Shown here in pieces: positions 28,658-38,486 of a stretch of DNA of 64,000 nt (positions within the stretch are counted from its first letter, which is position 1; the number at the start of each line of letters is the position of its first letter). The notes under the pieces were generated by a model. It saw only the letters and a list, made by a program, of their open reading frames with translations, searched no databases and had not been told where the DNA came from. This DNA is from Longimicrobiales bacterium (lineage in GTDB: Bacteria > Gemmatimonadota > Gemmatimonadetes > Longimicrobiales > Gaopeijiaceae): the NCBI GenBank assembly GCA_965202805.1, contig OZ241869.1, positions 2,656,001 to 2,720,000 on the forward strand, read 5' to 3'. Made by a program: the position numbers and the translations under genes.

Positions 28658-29814
28658 GGCAAGGGCCGCGTTATCCGCCCCGGATGACGGGCCCGGTAGT
28701 GCGAGGGGTGGACGAGAACGTAGGCCTTTCCGGTGAGGTGGTCGATGGCATTCATGATCGGCCCGAAAGAGTGGTGCGCGAAGCGGGAGCTTTGCAGAAT
28801 CACGATATCTGGACCGAGGATTCGGATTTCGTCCAGGATTAGCTTGACCTCCTTCGTCCGGTCCAGGAACTTCTGGGTGCTCTTTTGCTGCAAAGTGTTT
28901 TCCGCTCCGTGCCATGCCCATTTGTAGATGTTGGAGAAGGCCAGGTAGGAGAGCGGGTTTTCCGAGGGTAGGCCCTCGCCTTTCCGTAACAAGGCTTGGC
29001 AGCTGTCCTTGGAATCCTGGAGCCTCTCCCAGCCCCACTCCGGAGGGCATCCGTAGCGTAGCATGGTGACGTAGGTTCCGGCGATGTGAGGGTTGAAACC
29101 TGTCTGAACCTTCTCTTGGGGCTCCAGCCCTGCCTGCCATTCGTCGGTCGTCCAGATCCCTTCGGGATTCATGTCGTACCCGACGTTCAGACCGAAGACG
29201 AGGACACGGTTTACCTCCGGGTCTGAGCCGTACTTCGTTCCGACATGGGGGTAACAAGCGATCTTCCACTCCTCCCGTCCCTTCAGCAAGCCGGTCGCGG
29301 GATCTACCCCCATGTCCTCGAAGAACTCTGCGTAGCGCTCTTCCAGTTGGTCTACCAGTTCTTCGACCAGATCGCTGCTTCTACCGTCGGCCCTTCTCGG
29401 CCCAAGCCGTTTCGGAGGCAAGCCCCCTACGTTGACTGCCTCTCCGGCTGTCGTCCGGCCAGGAGCGTCTTTCGCACCCTCGCCAAATCCGATCACTGTG
29501 AAGGAGGCACCGGGATACCCCATCTGCTGGATCACCTCCCGGCACGACGCCTGAAGGTTGTCGCGCGTGACCCAACGAACGTTCGCCCACAGATCCGGGT
29601 CAAGCCGCAGAAAATCTCGGTAACTCGGCTTCAAGAAAAAGCGCTTTCCACCGCGCCAGATCAGCCACGGGAACCGGTCGGACGCGGCACACTTGCGCAA
29701 CGCATCCGGGTTCATGCGGTTTAGCTCCGGGAGCAGGTGTCTGAGCACATCGCGTAGCTTGGCCCGGGTGTGGCGTTCACCGAACAGGAGGTATTCGCAG
29801 GAGGTGACGGGCAT
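28624..29814 (-). CDS. Hypothetical protein with C-terminal uracil-DNA-glycosylase-like domain
   Basis: PHVG.KY..RVLVFGLN, AFSNIYK, EI.IL.PDIVIL and HPS motifs. Confidence 0.6.
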   Translation of the reverse strand: MPVTSCEYLLFGERHTRAKLRDVLRHLLPELNRMNPDALRKCAASDRFPWLIWRGGKRFFLKPSYRDFLRLDPDLWANVRWVTRDNLQASCREVIQQMGYPGASFTVIGFGEGAKDAPGRTTAGEAVNVGGLPPKRLGPRRADGRSSDLVEELVDQLEERYAEFFEDMGVDPATGLLKGREEWKIACYPHVGTKYGSDPEVNRVLVFGLNVGYDMNPEGIWTTDEWQAGLEPQEKVQTGFNPHIAGTYVTMLRYGCPPEWGWERLQDSKDSCQALLRKGEGLPSENPLSYLAFSNIYKWAWHGAENTLQQKSTQKFLDRTKEVKLILDEIRILGPDIVILQSSRFAHHSFGPIMNAIDHLTGKAYVLVHPSHYRARHPGRITRPLPYAAPAGRYGV

Positions 29815-29908
29815 CAGTCTGGCCAGTTGGGGTCAAGCGGGCGTCCCGGCACCGGCGGAAGCCTTGCCCCACTCACCGAGGGGTTAGCCGGTGTCCATCG
29901 CGGCGCCA

Positions 29909-30898
29909 TCAGTCCGGCGGTGGGAAATGCGCCGTCAGGAAGCGCTCTATCTGCTCAAGTCGGTCGTCGAGCGCCTTGCCGGCCCGGTACCCGCCATCGT
30001 CGTACTTGCCAAGCGCGGCAGTAGCCTTGTCTTCGTCGATGTGCGGAAACCACTCAGCGAACTGTCCCGGACCTACCCAGATACTCAGGCCTCCGCCGCT
30101 CTCCCTCGCCCGCGGCCCCGCGTACATCAGGAATCGAGTTCGGTTTGCCGGCGGCGCAACTCTCACGGATGCCCGTTGCGGCTGCACTGGGAGGCCAGCC
30201 TGCTCGGACATCTTGACAAAGCGATCGAACTGCTCGCGCACGCCCACCTCCTCAGCGAAGGCACGGATCTTTTCAACGGTGTACCGGCGTTTTGGAGGTG
30301 CTGGCTCGGTCGGTTCGTCAACGACTTCACGAATCAGAAGCAGCGGCCCGTCCTGCAGCTTGAACACCTCGAAGCTGACGACACCGATCGGGACTCCGAA
30401 GCGTGCGAGAAACTCGTTCATGCGCTCCAGGCCTGAGTGGATTCCTGCACCAACGAGCAGCACGGCGATCTCGCGCTCCTCCCCCTCGCCAGCCAATTGC
30501 TGCTTCACTTTTTCCGACAGCGTTTCCTCGTTACCGTACCTGCCGAGGTTGGCCTTCAGCTTCCCGTAGAGTTTGTCCGCGTCGAGTCGGGCTAGCGACG
30601 AAGCGTAGTAGAGCGCCTGTCCGAGCGCGCCGGAATCGAGCCTCCCGGGCTTGATCTCGATCACCAGCCAGCGATCCCGTGAGTCGATCGCCAGAAGGTC
30701 CAGCTGTCCGTCGTCGATTCTCACCTGGCGACCGACCAGGGTGTATCCCTCCCCGATCAGCGTCACGTCGTTTACGATCCAGTTTTCGAAATGTCGCTCC
30801 AGTCCGATGTGGGAGCGCGCGATTTTCTGCGGTTGCGACCGTTGCGGGCCATCGTCGCCCCGCTGAGCATCCATGCTCCAAGCCGCCAAGTTCGTCAT
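29909..30898 (-). CDS. NucS/DUF91-like PD-(D/E)xK endonuclease
   Basis: LE..FE.WI....L......VGRQ....G.LDLLAID....LVIEIK. Confidence 0.85.
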   Translation of the reverse strand: MTNLAAWSMDAQRGDDGPQRSQPQKIARSHIGLERHFENWIVNDVTLIGEGYTLVGRQVRIDDGQLDLLAIDSRDRWLVIEIKPGRLDSGALGQALYYASSLARLDADKLYGKLKANLGRYGNEETLSEKVKQQLAGEGEEREIAVLLVGAGIHSGLERMNEFLARFGVPIGVVSFEVFKLQDGPLLLIREVVDEPTEPAPPKRRYTVEKIRAFAEEVGVREQFDRFVKMSEQAGLPVQPQRASVRVAPPANRTRFLMYAGPRARESGGGLSIWVGPGQFAEWFPHIDEDKATAALGKYDDGGYRAGKALDDRLEQIERFLTAHFPPPD

Positions 30899-31110
30899 CG
30901 TCTGCCTTCCTCAGCGTTAGTCCGCGCGTCAACTGGATTGGTAGACGGCAAGCGTAAGTGTCGGTCCGGCGAGAACACAACTCGGGGCGCGACCTCATGA
31001 ACTCGCCCATCGTACAGAATCAGGAAATCCCAGCCGACACCGAGTGGCTCTGGCACGAGAGGGCCATCGTCGAGGGGATCCTGGCTGGCGTTAACCGCTG
31101 TCATGCGCCT

Positions 31111-31138
31111 CCACAAACCCTGACGTAACGTAAGGCTT
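31111..31138. repeat. 28-bp direct repeat, copy 2
   Basis: Identical to 27778-27805. Confidence 0.9.
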
Positions 31139-31213
31139 TGCGCTCGAGCGCCCTTTGCGGTGGCTCTTGTGGCATTAGTTGACACAAAACGCGGGAAATA
31201 CCATCTTCACGCT

Positions 31214-31555
31214 ATGGCTACCCGGCAGACTCGAAACATCTCGCTACCACCCCAACTGGACGCCTTCGTCGAACGACTGGTCTCGCGTGGACGCTACCGA
31301 ACCGCTAGCGAAGTGGTTCGGCACGGCTTGCGGCTGCTGGAGGAAGCAGAGCACCGGAGGCTTCTTGAGAAGTGGATCTACGAGGGACTGAGCGACGAAG
31401 AGAGGAAGAGGATGTCACCTGCGCTCCTGGATCGCGCCCGGACACACTTCCGCAGACTCGCCGAAGCTACACTTCGCGAAGTTGCGGACGGACGTGTGTC
31501 CGACGGACAAGCTGCCATGCAGCGGCTGAGAGAACGCATTGAGGCCCAGACCTGA
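31214..31555 (+). CDS. ParD-like ribbon-helix-helix antitoxin
   Basis: TRNISLPP.L..FV..LV..GRY..ASEVVR.GLRLLEE. Confidence 0.88.
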   Translation: MATRQTRNISLPPQLDAFVERLVSRGRYRTASEVVRHGLRLLEEAEHRRLLEKWIYEGLSDEERKRMSPALLDRARTHFRRLAEATLREVADGRVSDGQAAMQRLRERIEAQT

Positions 31556-31648
31556 GTGCCGACAGGCTACAGGCTCAGCCAGACTGCGCTGGAGGAACTT
31601 GAGGAGATCCTCCTCCATGTATCGGAACGGTCCGGGACGGAGTTATGA
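31556..31648 (+). pseudogene. Truncated ParE/RelE toxin
   Basis: GTG directly after the antitoxin stop: MPTGYRLSQTALEELEEILLHVSERSG, then interrupted by the duplicated block. Confidence 0.7.
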
Positions 31649-31698
31649 CTCATGAGAATAATCGTTATGGCCCATGTCCCATAACTATGGCGCGAGGG

Positions 31699-31890
31699 TC
31701 ACAACTTTGGGTTGCCGTCCTCCGGCAGCCCGTACCACGTGCCTCTCTTCTTGCCGTGCATGACCAGTTCGCCTCGACGGGTCAGTCGAGCCAGGATCCG
31801 GCTCGCCTGCTTCGGATGAACCTTGCAGAGTTCAGCTGCGTCGCGACGGGCGATCCGGCGGTGCGCGGCCACCTACTGAAGCACGAGCTG
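31699..31890 (-). pseudogene. C-terminal winged-helix remnant of a regulator (second copy at about 33420-33580)
   Basis: QLVLQ*VAAHRRIARRDAAELC...G.KRGTWY with an internal stop; block 31627-31860 is repeated at 33347-33580. Confidence 0.65.
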
Positions 31891-31913
31891 GCGTGAAATG
31901 GGCACCTGCACCG

Positions 31914-33083
31914 CTAGTCGGGCATCGCGCGCAACATGTATTGATCAAACATGGGAACGGTGAACGCCGTTTCTCCGTGAGCGGGACTCCAGATCATCCC
32001 TTTCCGGATCAGGCCCGTGCGGATTGGTCCTGCCGAAGTAACCGCAACCCCTAGCTCTGCCGCTACTGCCCCTGAGCGGTGTGGACCTGGGCCGAGTTGC
32101 GCCATTGCTCTCAGATACTCCTGCTCCCTGGGCGTAAGGCGGTCGAAGCGAACGCGGAAGAAGCTCGCGTCCAGAGCGGCAATCACCCTTTCCCTGGCCG
32201 ACTCGACATCATCGAGAGTCACCGGTGATTCGGAAGCGATGTTCCAGCAATGCGCTCCCCACTCCTGAAGAAAATACGGATAGCCTTCGGTCTGATGACC
32301 GATCTGTGACAGCGCGTCATCTTCGATTTCGGCTCCCGCCTCCTCGACCGGCCCTCGAATGGCCTCTGCTATGGCATTCTCGTCGAGTGGACCAACCTCG
32401 GGGAAATCGAATAGACGTTCCGCGTAGCTCTTGGCCTCGCCAGCTACCGCTGCGAGCTGCGGTAGCCCAGCACCGAACATGATCAGCGGTAATCCCGTTT
32501 GGCTAATTCGGTGCAGCGCAACGATGAGTGCGCCCAAGTCTTCGTCTGACAGGTATTGGACCTCATCCACAAGGAGGGCTGCCGGTTTGTCGGCGGCTTT
32601 GGCCGCTTCACCGACGGCGACCAAGAGATCCGTAAGGTCGGTCTCGAGATCGCCGGAAGCGGCTAGACCCGGCTCTGGCGTCACGCCTACCTCAAACTCT
32701 GCGTAGGAGACCTTGAATGCGCTGGCGAAATTCCGGAGAGCGCCAAGGGCTCGGTTGCCAAGGACGCGGGCCTTCTCGCGGCCGCTAAGTTGATAAAGGA
32801 GACGGCCGAGTTTGGGGACGATGAGATCTGCCAAGGGACGCCTCTCCGGGGCCTCGATCAGGGCGGTCAGGTACCCAGCAACTTCCGCAAGGTCTCCGAT
32901 GCGGACGAGAAGGACGGTCTTGCCAACGCCTCGAAGGCCGAGAAGCATCATGCTCTTCGCGTGTCGGCCAGCTTGGATTCGTCGTAGCGCGATATCCGCC
33001 GACACAAGCAATTCGTTGCGACCGGCCAAGGCTGGAGGCCGAGACCCCGCTCCGGGTGCGAACGGGTTGGCAATCGGATCCAT
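31914..33083 (-). CDS. AAA/STAND-like ATP-binding protein, copy 2
   Basis: Six amino-acid differences seen versus copy 1; same upstream operator array. Confidence 0.9.
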   Translation of the reverse strand: MDPIANPFAPGAGSRPPALAGRNELLVSADIALRRIQAGRHAKSMMLLGLRGVGKTVLLVRIGDLAEVAGYLTALIEAPERRPLADLIVPKLGRLLYQLSGREKARVLGNRALGALRNFASAFKVSYAEFEVGVTPEPGLAASGDLETDLTDLLVAVGEAAKAADKPAALLVDEVQYLSDEDLGALIVALHRISQTGLPLIMFGAGLPQLAAVAGEAKSYAERLFDFPEVGPLDENAIAEAIRGPVEEAGAEIEDDALSQIGHQTEGYPYFLQEWGAHCWNIASESPVTLDDVESARERVIAALDASFFRVRFDRLTPREQEYLRAMAQLGPGPHRSGAVAAELGVAVTSAGPIRTGLIRKGMIWSPAHGETAFTVPMFDQYMLRAMPD

Positions 33084-33165
33084 CGAACTTCCTTTGAGAA
33101 AGTTAGATCCAGTTAGATGCATCTAAGGCTAGAAGCTGTCTAACTGCCACTAACTCTGTCAAGAT

Positions 33166-33332
33166 GTCGCCTCCACGTCTCGAGAACCGGCCTGTGGCGG
33201 CTGTGGAGGCCGGCGCCGCGAGCCATCCCCGAAGGTGCGCTCATCCACGGGAGCGTGCTGGCACGCATGGATGATCCCGCGCTCGGGTACGCGCCCGCCA
33301 ACCTGCCCGGCGCGCATACGGTTGTGGAGTAG
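33166..33332 (+). pseudogene. DUF2235 3' fragment (third copy)
   Basis: RLHVSRTGLWRLWRP...GAHTVVE*. Confidence 0.85.
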
Positions 33333-33587
33333 GAGCTTCGACGGGGACGGTCCGGGACGGAGTTATGACTCATGGGTATAACCGTTATGACCCATGTCCC
33401 ATAACTATGGCGCGAGGGCCACAACTCTGGGTTGCCGTCCTCCGGCAGCCCGTACCACGTGCCTCTCTTCTTGCCGTGCATGACCAAGTCGCCCCGACGG
33501 GTCAGTCGAGCCAGGGTCCGGCTCGCCTGCTATGGATGAACCTTGCAGAGTTCAGCTGCGTCGCGACGGGCGATCCGGCGGGACCCG

Positions 33588-34610
33588 TCAACGTCCCGTC
33601 CAGAGCCGGGCGCGCTCCAGGAACACTGTCGCATCTTCGCGCCACTCCGCGTAGCCGATCTCGCGGTCGCGGGTAAGCCAACTCAGCTTCTCGTCGATGC
33701 AGGCCAGTAGTTCCGGCCGCCCGGCGTCCAGGGCGAAGCCACCGTGTTCGGCGAGGGTATCGAGCGCGGAGACCACGAAGCTGCCGTCGGACTCGTAGGC
33801 GGTTTCGCCGTTGCCGATCGCGCCTTGCGCGACTGCATCGATCGTTTCGTCGCGCAGGGCCTCAATGAGCTCCCGTTCGTTCGCGGCGTGGACGACCCGG
33901 GGCATCGACTCGGACGGCGGATGGATGTGCGTCCTTCCCTCCAGGACCGCAGATGCTCTCGCGGCGGTGATCACATAGGCCGCCGTGCCGTCAGCCACCA
34001 CCGTCCCCCCCGGAGTGTCGATCCGCGTGCCTGCGGCCAGGACGCCGGCGTCGTCGGCAAGCCCCGCGAGCTGGAGGAAACGCGCTTCACCGGTCGTACC
34101 CCGAAAGACACCGACCAGCACATCCCGGGTCAGCCCGTCGTAGGACGAGAAACGTCCTTCGTCGCCTGCACGCACCAGCAGCGACTGGCGAAAGGCGATG
34201 TGGCCGGACGTAAAGGCCACGGCCACCTCTCCGGCGTGGTCCCGGGTTCGGGAATCGAGAATCGAGATACCGCCGCCCACGATGTCGATATCCGGCGTGG
34301 ACGGGAGCAGCCAGATGTCGGGCCATTCAGCGACGGGACTCCGTTCGAAGGACAGCCGCGCCCCCTCCATCGCCTCCATCGCCGTGAGCAGGTCCGCCTC
34401 GTAGCCGAGGTGGGTGTGGAACCCCGGAGAGGCCGGATCTTCGTCGGCGCTGTAGCTCACGGGCGGGTAGTACGCGTAGAACGCCGCGCGGAGAGGCTCG
34501 CCCGCGGGTGTGCAGGCACCGGCGAGCTGCTCCGGCTCCGTGACCCGGCAGGCCGAACTCAGGAGCAGGATGCCGGGGATGGCGAAGCGCAGCAAATGAA
34601 CAGGTTTCAC
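33588..34610 (-). CDS. Amino-acid ABC-type substrate-binding lipoprotein (family 3-like)
   Basis: LSSAC lipobox; Y.PVSY..GYEADL and VGV..GTTGE motifs; GTG overlaps the stop of the VOC remnant. Confidence 0.8.
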   Translation of the reverse strand: MKPVHLLRFAIPGILLLSSACRVTEPEQLAGACTPAGEPLRAAFYAYYPPVSYSADEDPASPGFHTHLGYEADLLTAMEAMEGARLSFERSPVAEWPDIWLLPSTPDIDIVGGGISILDSRTRDHAGEVAVAFTSGHIAFRQSLLVRAGDEGRFSSYDGLTRDVLVGVFRGTTGEARFLQLAGLADDAGVLAAGTRIDTPGGTVVADGTAAYVITAARASAVLEGRTHIHPPSESMPRVVHAANERELIEALRDETIDAVAQGAIGNGETAYESDGSFVVSALDTLAEHGGFALDAGRPELLACIDEKLSWLTRDREIGYAEWREDATVFLERARLWTGR

Positions 34611-34683
34611 GACGCGGGTTCCCAAAGCTCGATCGCGTTTGCGTCGGGGTCGTGGATGCGGGCAAAGCGGCCGATGCGGAAGC
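34607..34683 (-). pseudogene. VOC 3' fragment
   Basis: IGRFARIHDPDANAIELWEPAS*. Confidence 0.75.
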
Positions 34684-34722
34684 TCGGGCCATCCGCTGAT
34701 CCCGGTACTCCGCGCCGATCCG

Positions 34723-35541
34723 TCAACGGAAGGCGCGGCGCAGCGCAGCTTCGTAGACCGCGTCGCCGAACCACTTGCGGATGAACATCAACGGACGGGC
34801 AAAGGCGCCCTTCACGTAGCGCCGTCGCGGGCGGGCGGTGGTCGCGGCCTCGACGAACACCCGTGCGAGCACGCTGGCTTCGGTGCCGCGACTCATGGTC
34901 TCGGGATCGGACACCATCGCGAGGAATCGATCCAGACCGGCCTTGTAGGCACTGTCGGCGTAGTACTTTTGAAGCGAGCCTGCCACCACTTCGCCGAACT
35001 CGGTCCGGATGCCGCCGGGCTGGATGAGGACGACCTGGATGTTGAAGGGCGCGGTCTCGATGCGGAGGCAGTCCGACCAGCCCTCGAGTGCGTGCTTGGT
35101 CGCGTGGTACCATGCGCCGAAGGGCGTGAATATCCGGCCGCCCATCGACGAGACATTGACGATTCGGCCCGCGCCTTGCGCCCGCATATGCGGCAGGACG
35201 AGCTGGGTGAGGTGGGCCAGGCCGAACAGGTTTACCTCGAACTGGTATCTCGCGTCGTCGAGCGGGATGTCCTCGACCGTCCCGTAGAGGCCGAAGCCCG
35301 CGTTGTTGATCAGCACGTCGATACGTCCCTCGGCATCGACGATCCGGCGCACGGCCCGCTCGTTGTCCTCGCCCTTCGAGACGTCCATCTCGACCGGGGT
35401 GATGCCGTGTTCAGACAGGTCGTCCATGCGGTCCAGTCGGCGCGCGCCGGCGTAGACGGTGTGGCCCTCGCCGGCCAGGAGGATCGCGGCCTCCCGGCCC
35501 ATGCCGGACGAGGCTCCCGTGACGAGCATGATCTTGCCCAA
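34723..35541 (-). CDS. Short-chain dehydrogenase/reductase
   Basis: TGASSGMG, NNAG and YHATK motifs. Confidence 0.95.
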   Translation of the reverse strand: MGKIMLVTGASSGMGREAAILLAGEGHTVYAGARRLDRMDDLSEHGITPVEMDVSKGEDNERAVRRIVDAEGRIDVLINNAGFGLYGTVEDIPLDDARYQFEVNLFGLAHLTQLVLPHMRAQGAGRIVNVSSMGGRIFTPFGAWYHATKHALEGWSDCLRIETAPFNIQVVLIQPGGIRTEFGEVVAGSLQKYYADSAYKAGLDRFLAMVSDPETMSRGTEASVLARVFVEAATTARPRRRYVKGAFARPLMFIRKWFGDAVYEAALRRAFR

Positions 35542-35626
35542 GGCGCTGCTCCTTCTCTCGGTGTCGGCTGAAGACGTTGCCCGTGGGGGCGTCGAGACGT
35601 GGGTCGGGGAACGGGCCCCAGGCTGC

Positions 35627-37831
35627 CTACTTCGGCCCGGGCGCCAGATGCTCCAGCAGATAGCGCACCATCAGCATGCGAACATGGACCGCCGTCCCCT
35701 CTCCCTCCGACAACCCGTGGTTCCGGTTGGGATAGGTGAAGTAGTCGAAGGTCTTCCCGAGTTCCACCAGTCGGTCCACCAGTCCCTCGACGATCTCCAG
35801 GTGGGTGTTGGTTTCCCCGGTTCCGTGAATGATGAGCAGGTCCCCCTCGAGCCCTTCCGCGTAGTTGATGGGCGCGGAGACGCGGTAGCCGTCCGGGTTG
35901 GTTTCCAGGGTCTCCATGTAGATCTCCTGGAACCATGCGTTGTAGAGGTGCGGCTGGGGCTTGGGGACCACGGCGATCCCCACGTGGTAGACATCGGGCT
36001 TGCGAAACAGCGAATTCAGGGTGTTGGATCCGCCGCCGCTCCAGCCCCAGATCCCCACCCTGGACACATCGACGTAGGGGAGCATCCTGCCGAGTTCCAG
36101 CACGCCCGCCGCATGCTCCTCCGTCGATTGCACGCCGATCGTCGGAAAGGGCGCCCTCCGCCACGCCGCACCCTTCGGCGCCGGCGTGCCCCGGTTCTCG
36201 ATTGACACGACCAGGTACCCGAGGTCCGCGATGGCGCGATGGTAGTTGTTCCGGGTCGACCACTGGTCGAGGACGGTCTGGCCGTGCGGTTCCCCGTAGA
36301 CGTAGATGAACACCGGGTATTTCGCGCCGGGGTCGAAATCCCGCGGCTTGATCATCCACGCGTCCATCACCACGCCGTCCCCGATATCCAGCTCCAGAAA
36401 CTCCGTGGGGCGTGAGATCGTGGCCTCGGCCCGGCGCCGGAGCTCGTCGTTGTCCTCCAGAACCCGCACGACGCGGTGGTCTGGGAGGCTGATCAGGGCG
36501 GTAACCGGGGGAGTATCGAATGTGGAATATGTGTGGAAGGCCCACCGAAGGTCGGGAGAGAAGTCGTAGAAGTGGGTTCCCGGCTGGTCCGGGGGCGTGA
36601 CCCGCTCGGGCTCTTCGGCGCCGTCCAGCCGGACACGGTAGAGGTAGCGCTGGGTGGCGTTGTCGGGCGAGGCGAAGAAGTAGAACCAGCCATCTCCCCC
36701 ATCGACCTCCCCGTGGGCAACCGGCCCGCGCTCCATGACGTCGCCGGGCCCCGGGGTCAGGAGCCGTTCCTCGCGCCCGTCGCGCGAATAGACCCAGGAG
36801 TGGCGCCACCCGTCCTTCTCGGTCAGGAAGAGGAAGGAGTCGCCCCCCCGGATCCACTCCAGGCCGGCGTTCAGGCGATAGCTGGCGACGACCCAGGCCG
36901 GATCGGACTCGTGGTAGACCCGGTTGACCTCACCCGTGGTCACGTTGGCGATGAAGAAGTCCCGTTCGTCCCGAAACCGGCTGAACTGCTCCACCAGCAG
37001 CTCCTCGGAGTTCCCGGCCCAGCTCACCTGCCCGAGATAGAAGCCCTCGGTGGGGGAAGGGATGGAGATCCAGCGGACTTCCGTGCCCTCGGCGTCCACC
37101 ACGCCCACCCGGAGCCTGGTGATCGTCTCGCCCACCCGCGCGAATCGGACCTGCCGGAGCTCGGGATACGAGGGATCGGTGGGGACGAGCATGGACCTCA
37201 TCCGCACTCCGGAGGCGTCGGACTCGACGAAGGCGACCCGGTTGCCGTCGGGGCTCCACACGGCGCGCCCGTTGGAGACGGATTGGGCGGTGGTGTGGGT
37301 CAGGCGGGTCGTTTGCGCGGCCGCGAGGTCGTGGACGTGGAGGTCGCCCTCACGGCTGAAGAGGATGCGGCCTCCTTCCGGGGAGATGGTGCTCCCGGGG
37401 CCTGCCTCCACCCTCGTCAGCCTGGAGGTGGCGGGTTCGAGCATCCAGAAGCCGTCGGTGTCGGTCCGGAGGAGCGCCCAGGTGCCGTCCGGGGCGAACT
37501 GGTAGTCGGAGATGCTCAGGGGCTCCGAACCACCGGCGGGCGTGAGGTCGGCGAGCGAGGCGAGGACGGTCCGGCTGCCGCTCGCGGCATCGTACCCGAT
37601 CAACTCCGGCTGCAACGCGCCCGAGGGGGTCTCCAGGGTCGTGTATCCGGATCCGTCGGGCAGCCAGGTCGCCTGGAATGACCGCGCGTCAAAGTCCCTC
37701 GCCTCGAAGATGGAACGGAGGCGGGCTTCCGTCTCTGCGGGGACCTGGCAGAAGGCTGGAGATGCGACAAGTGTGGGGACGGCGAGAACGCCAACCAGCC
37801 AGAGGCTCCGAATAATGCGTCTCGTGCTCAT
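35627..37831 (-). CDS. S9B dipeptidyl-peptidase IV-like peptidase
   Basis: Signal peptide, DPPIV_N propeller, GWSGGG, YPNRNH. Confidence 0.92.
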   Translation of the reverse strand: MSTRRIIRSLWLVGVLAVPTLVASPAFCQVPAETEARLRSIFEARDFDARSFQATWLPDGSGYTTLETPSGALQPELIGYDAASGSRTVLASLADLTPAGGSEPLSISDYQFAPDGTWALLRTDTDGFWMLEPATSRLTRVEAGPGSTISPEGGRILFSREGDLHVHDLAAAQTTRLTHTTAQSVSNGRAVWSPDGNRVAFVESDASGVRMRSMLVPTDPSYPELRQVRFARVGETITRLRVGVVDAEGTEVRWISIPSPTEGFYLGQVSWAGNSEELLVEQFSRFRDERDFFIANVTTGEVNRVYHESDPAWVVASYRLNAGLEWIRGGDSFLFLTEKDGWRHSWVYSRDGREERLLTPGPGDVMERGPVAHGEVDGGDGWFYFFASPDNATQRYLYRVRLDGAEEPERVTPPDQPGTHFYDFSPDLRWAFHTYSTFDTPPVTALISLPDHRVVRVLEDNDELRRRAEATISRPTEFLELDIGDGVVMDAWMIKPRDFDPGAKYPVFIYVYGEPHGQTVLDQWSTRNNYHRAIADLGYLVVSIENRGTPAPKGAAWRRAPFPTIGVQSTEEHAAGVLELGRMLPYVDVSRVGIWGWSGGGSNTLNSLFRKPDVYHVGIAVVPKPQPHLYNAWFQEIYMETLETNPDGYRVSAPINYAEGLEGDLLIIHGTGETNTHLEIVEGLVDRLVELGKTFDYFTYPNRNHGLSEGEGTAVHVRMLMVRYLLEHLAPGPK

Positions 37832-37865
37832 GAAGAACTCCAGATCATCCCAACAGGTCGAAATC

Positions 37866-38228
37866 TCACGATACGGGCTCCCAAAGCTCGATCGCGTTTC
37901 CTTCGGGGTCGTGGATGCGGGCGAAGCGGCCGACGCCCTCCATCTCGCTCTCGTGGCTGACCTCGATATCCGCGGACTTCAGTTGCGCGATCATCGCGTC
38001 CAGATCCGCCACGCGGAAGTTCAGCATGAACGCCTTGTCCGCCGCGAAATAGTCCGTGTCGGCACCGAAGGGCGCGAAAACCGTAACCCCGGACTCGGTC
38101 ACCCAGGGCGGCATCTCCATGTTCGTCGGGGCGGGATTGATGCCAAGGTGATCCTGATACCATTTCGCAAGTCCCTTCGGGTCCTGTGCCCGAAAGAAGA
38201 ACCCGCCGAATCCCTGAACGGTTTGCAC
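37866..38228 (-). CDS. VOC/glyoxalase family protein (intact copy)
   Basis: GGFFFRAQDP..L..WY..HLG, MLNFRV, DPEGN.IELWEP. Confidence 0.92.
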   Translation of the reverse strand: MQTVQGFGGFFFRAQDPKGLAKWYQDHLGINPAPTNMEMPPWVTESGVTVFAPFGADTDYFAADKAFMLNFRVADLDAMIAQLKSADIEVSHESEMEGVGRFARIHDPEGNAIELWEPVS

Positions 38229-38486
38229 GCTGCGTCCTCTCGATGATGGGTTGCACGATCTGCGCTTCGGAGAGTGTCGTGGAGAGAGGGCGTCTGCGCC
38301 AGAGCGCGGGCCGCAACCCGGCGGATGCCCCTCTCACCGTCCGTCCGAACGTCATCCATGCCCTGCCAACCGGGGGCCGTGTGAACCTCCCGAGGGTTGA
38401 CGGTATCAGATCACATGACTAGCGTACACCGCCTGAATCGTCCTGGCCGGATCGGACACGGGAGCAGACAGATCATATGAGTGTAT

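Noticed and set aside
30895..31104. Small ORF upstream of the NucS-like gene
   Set aside because: Has a GGAGG RBS and overlaps the next start, but no recognisable motif; may be a remnant
14200..34700. Integron cassette array or prophage
   Set aside because: No integrase, no convincing attC sites, mixed gene orientation, no phage structural genes
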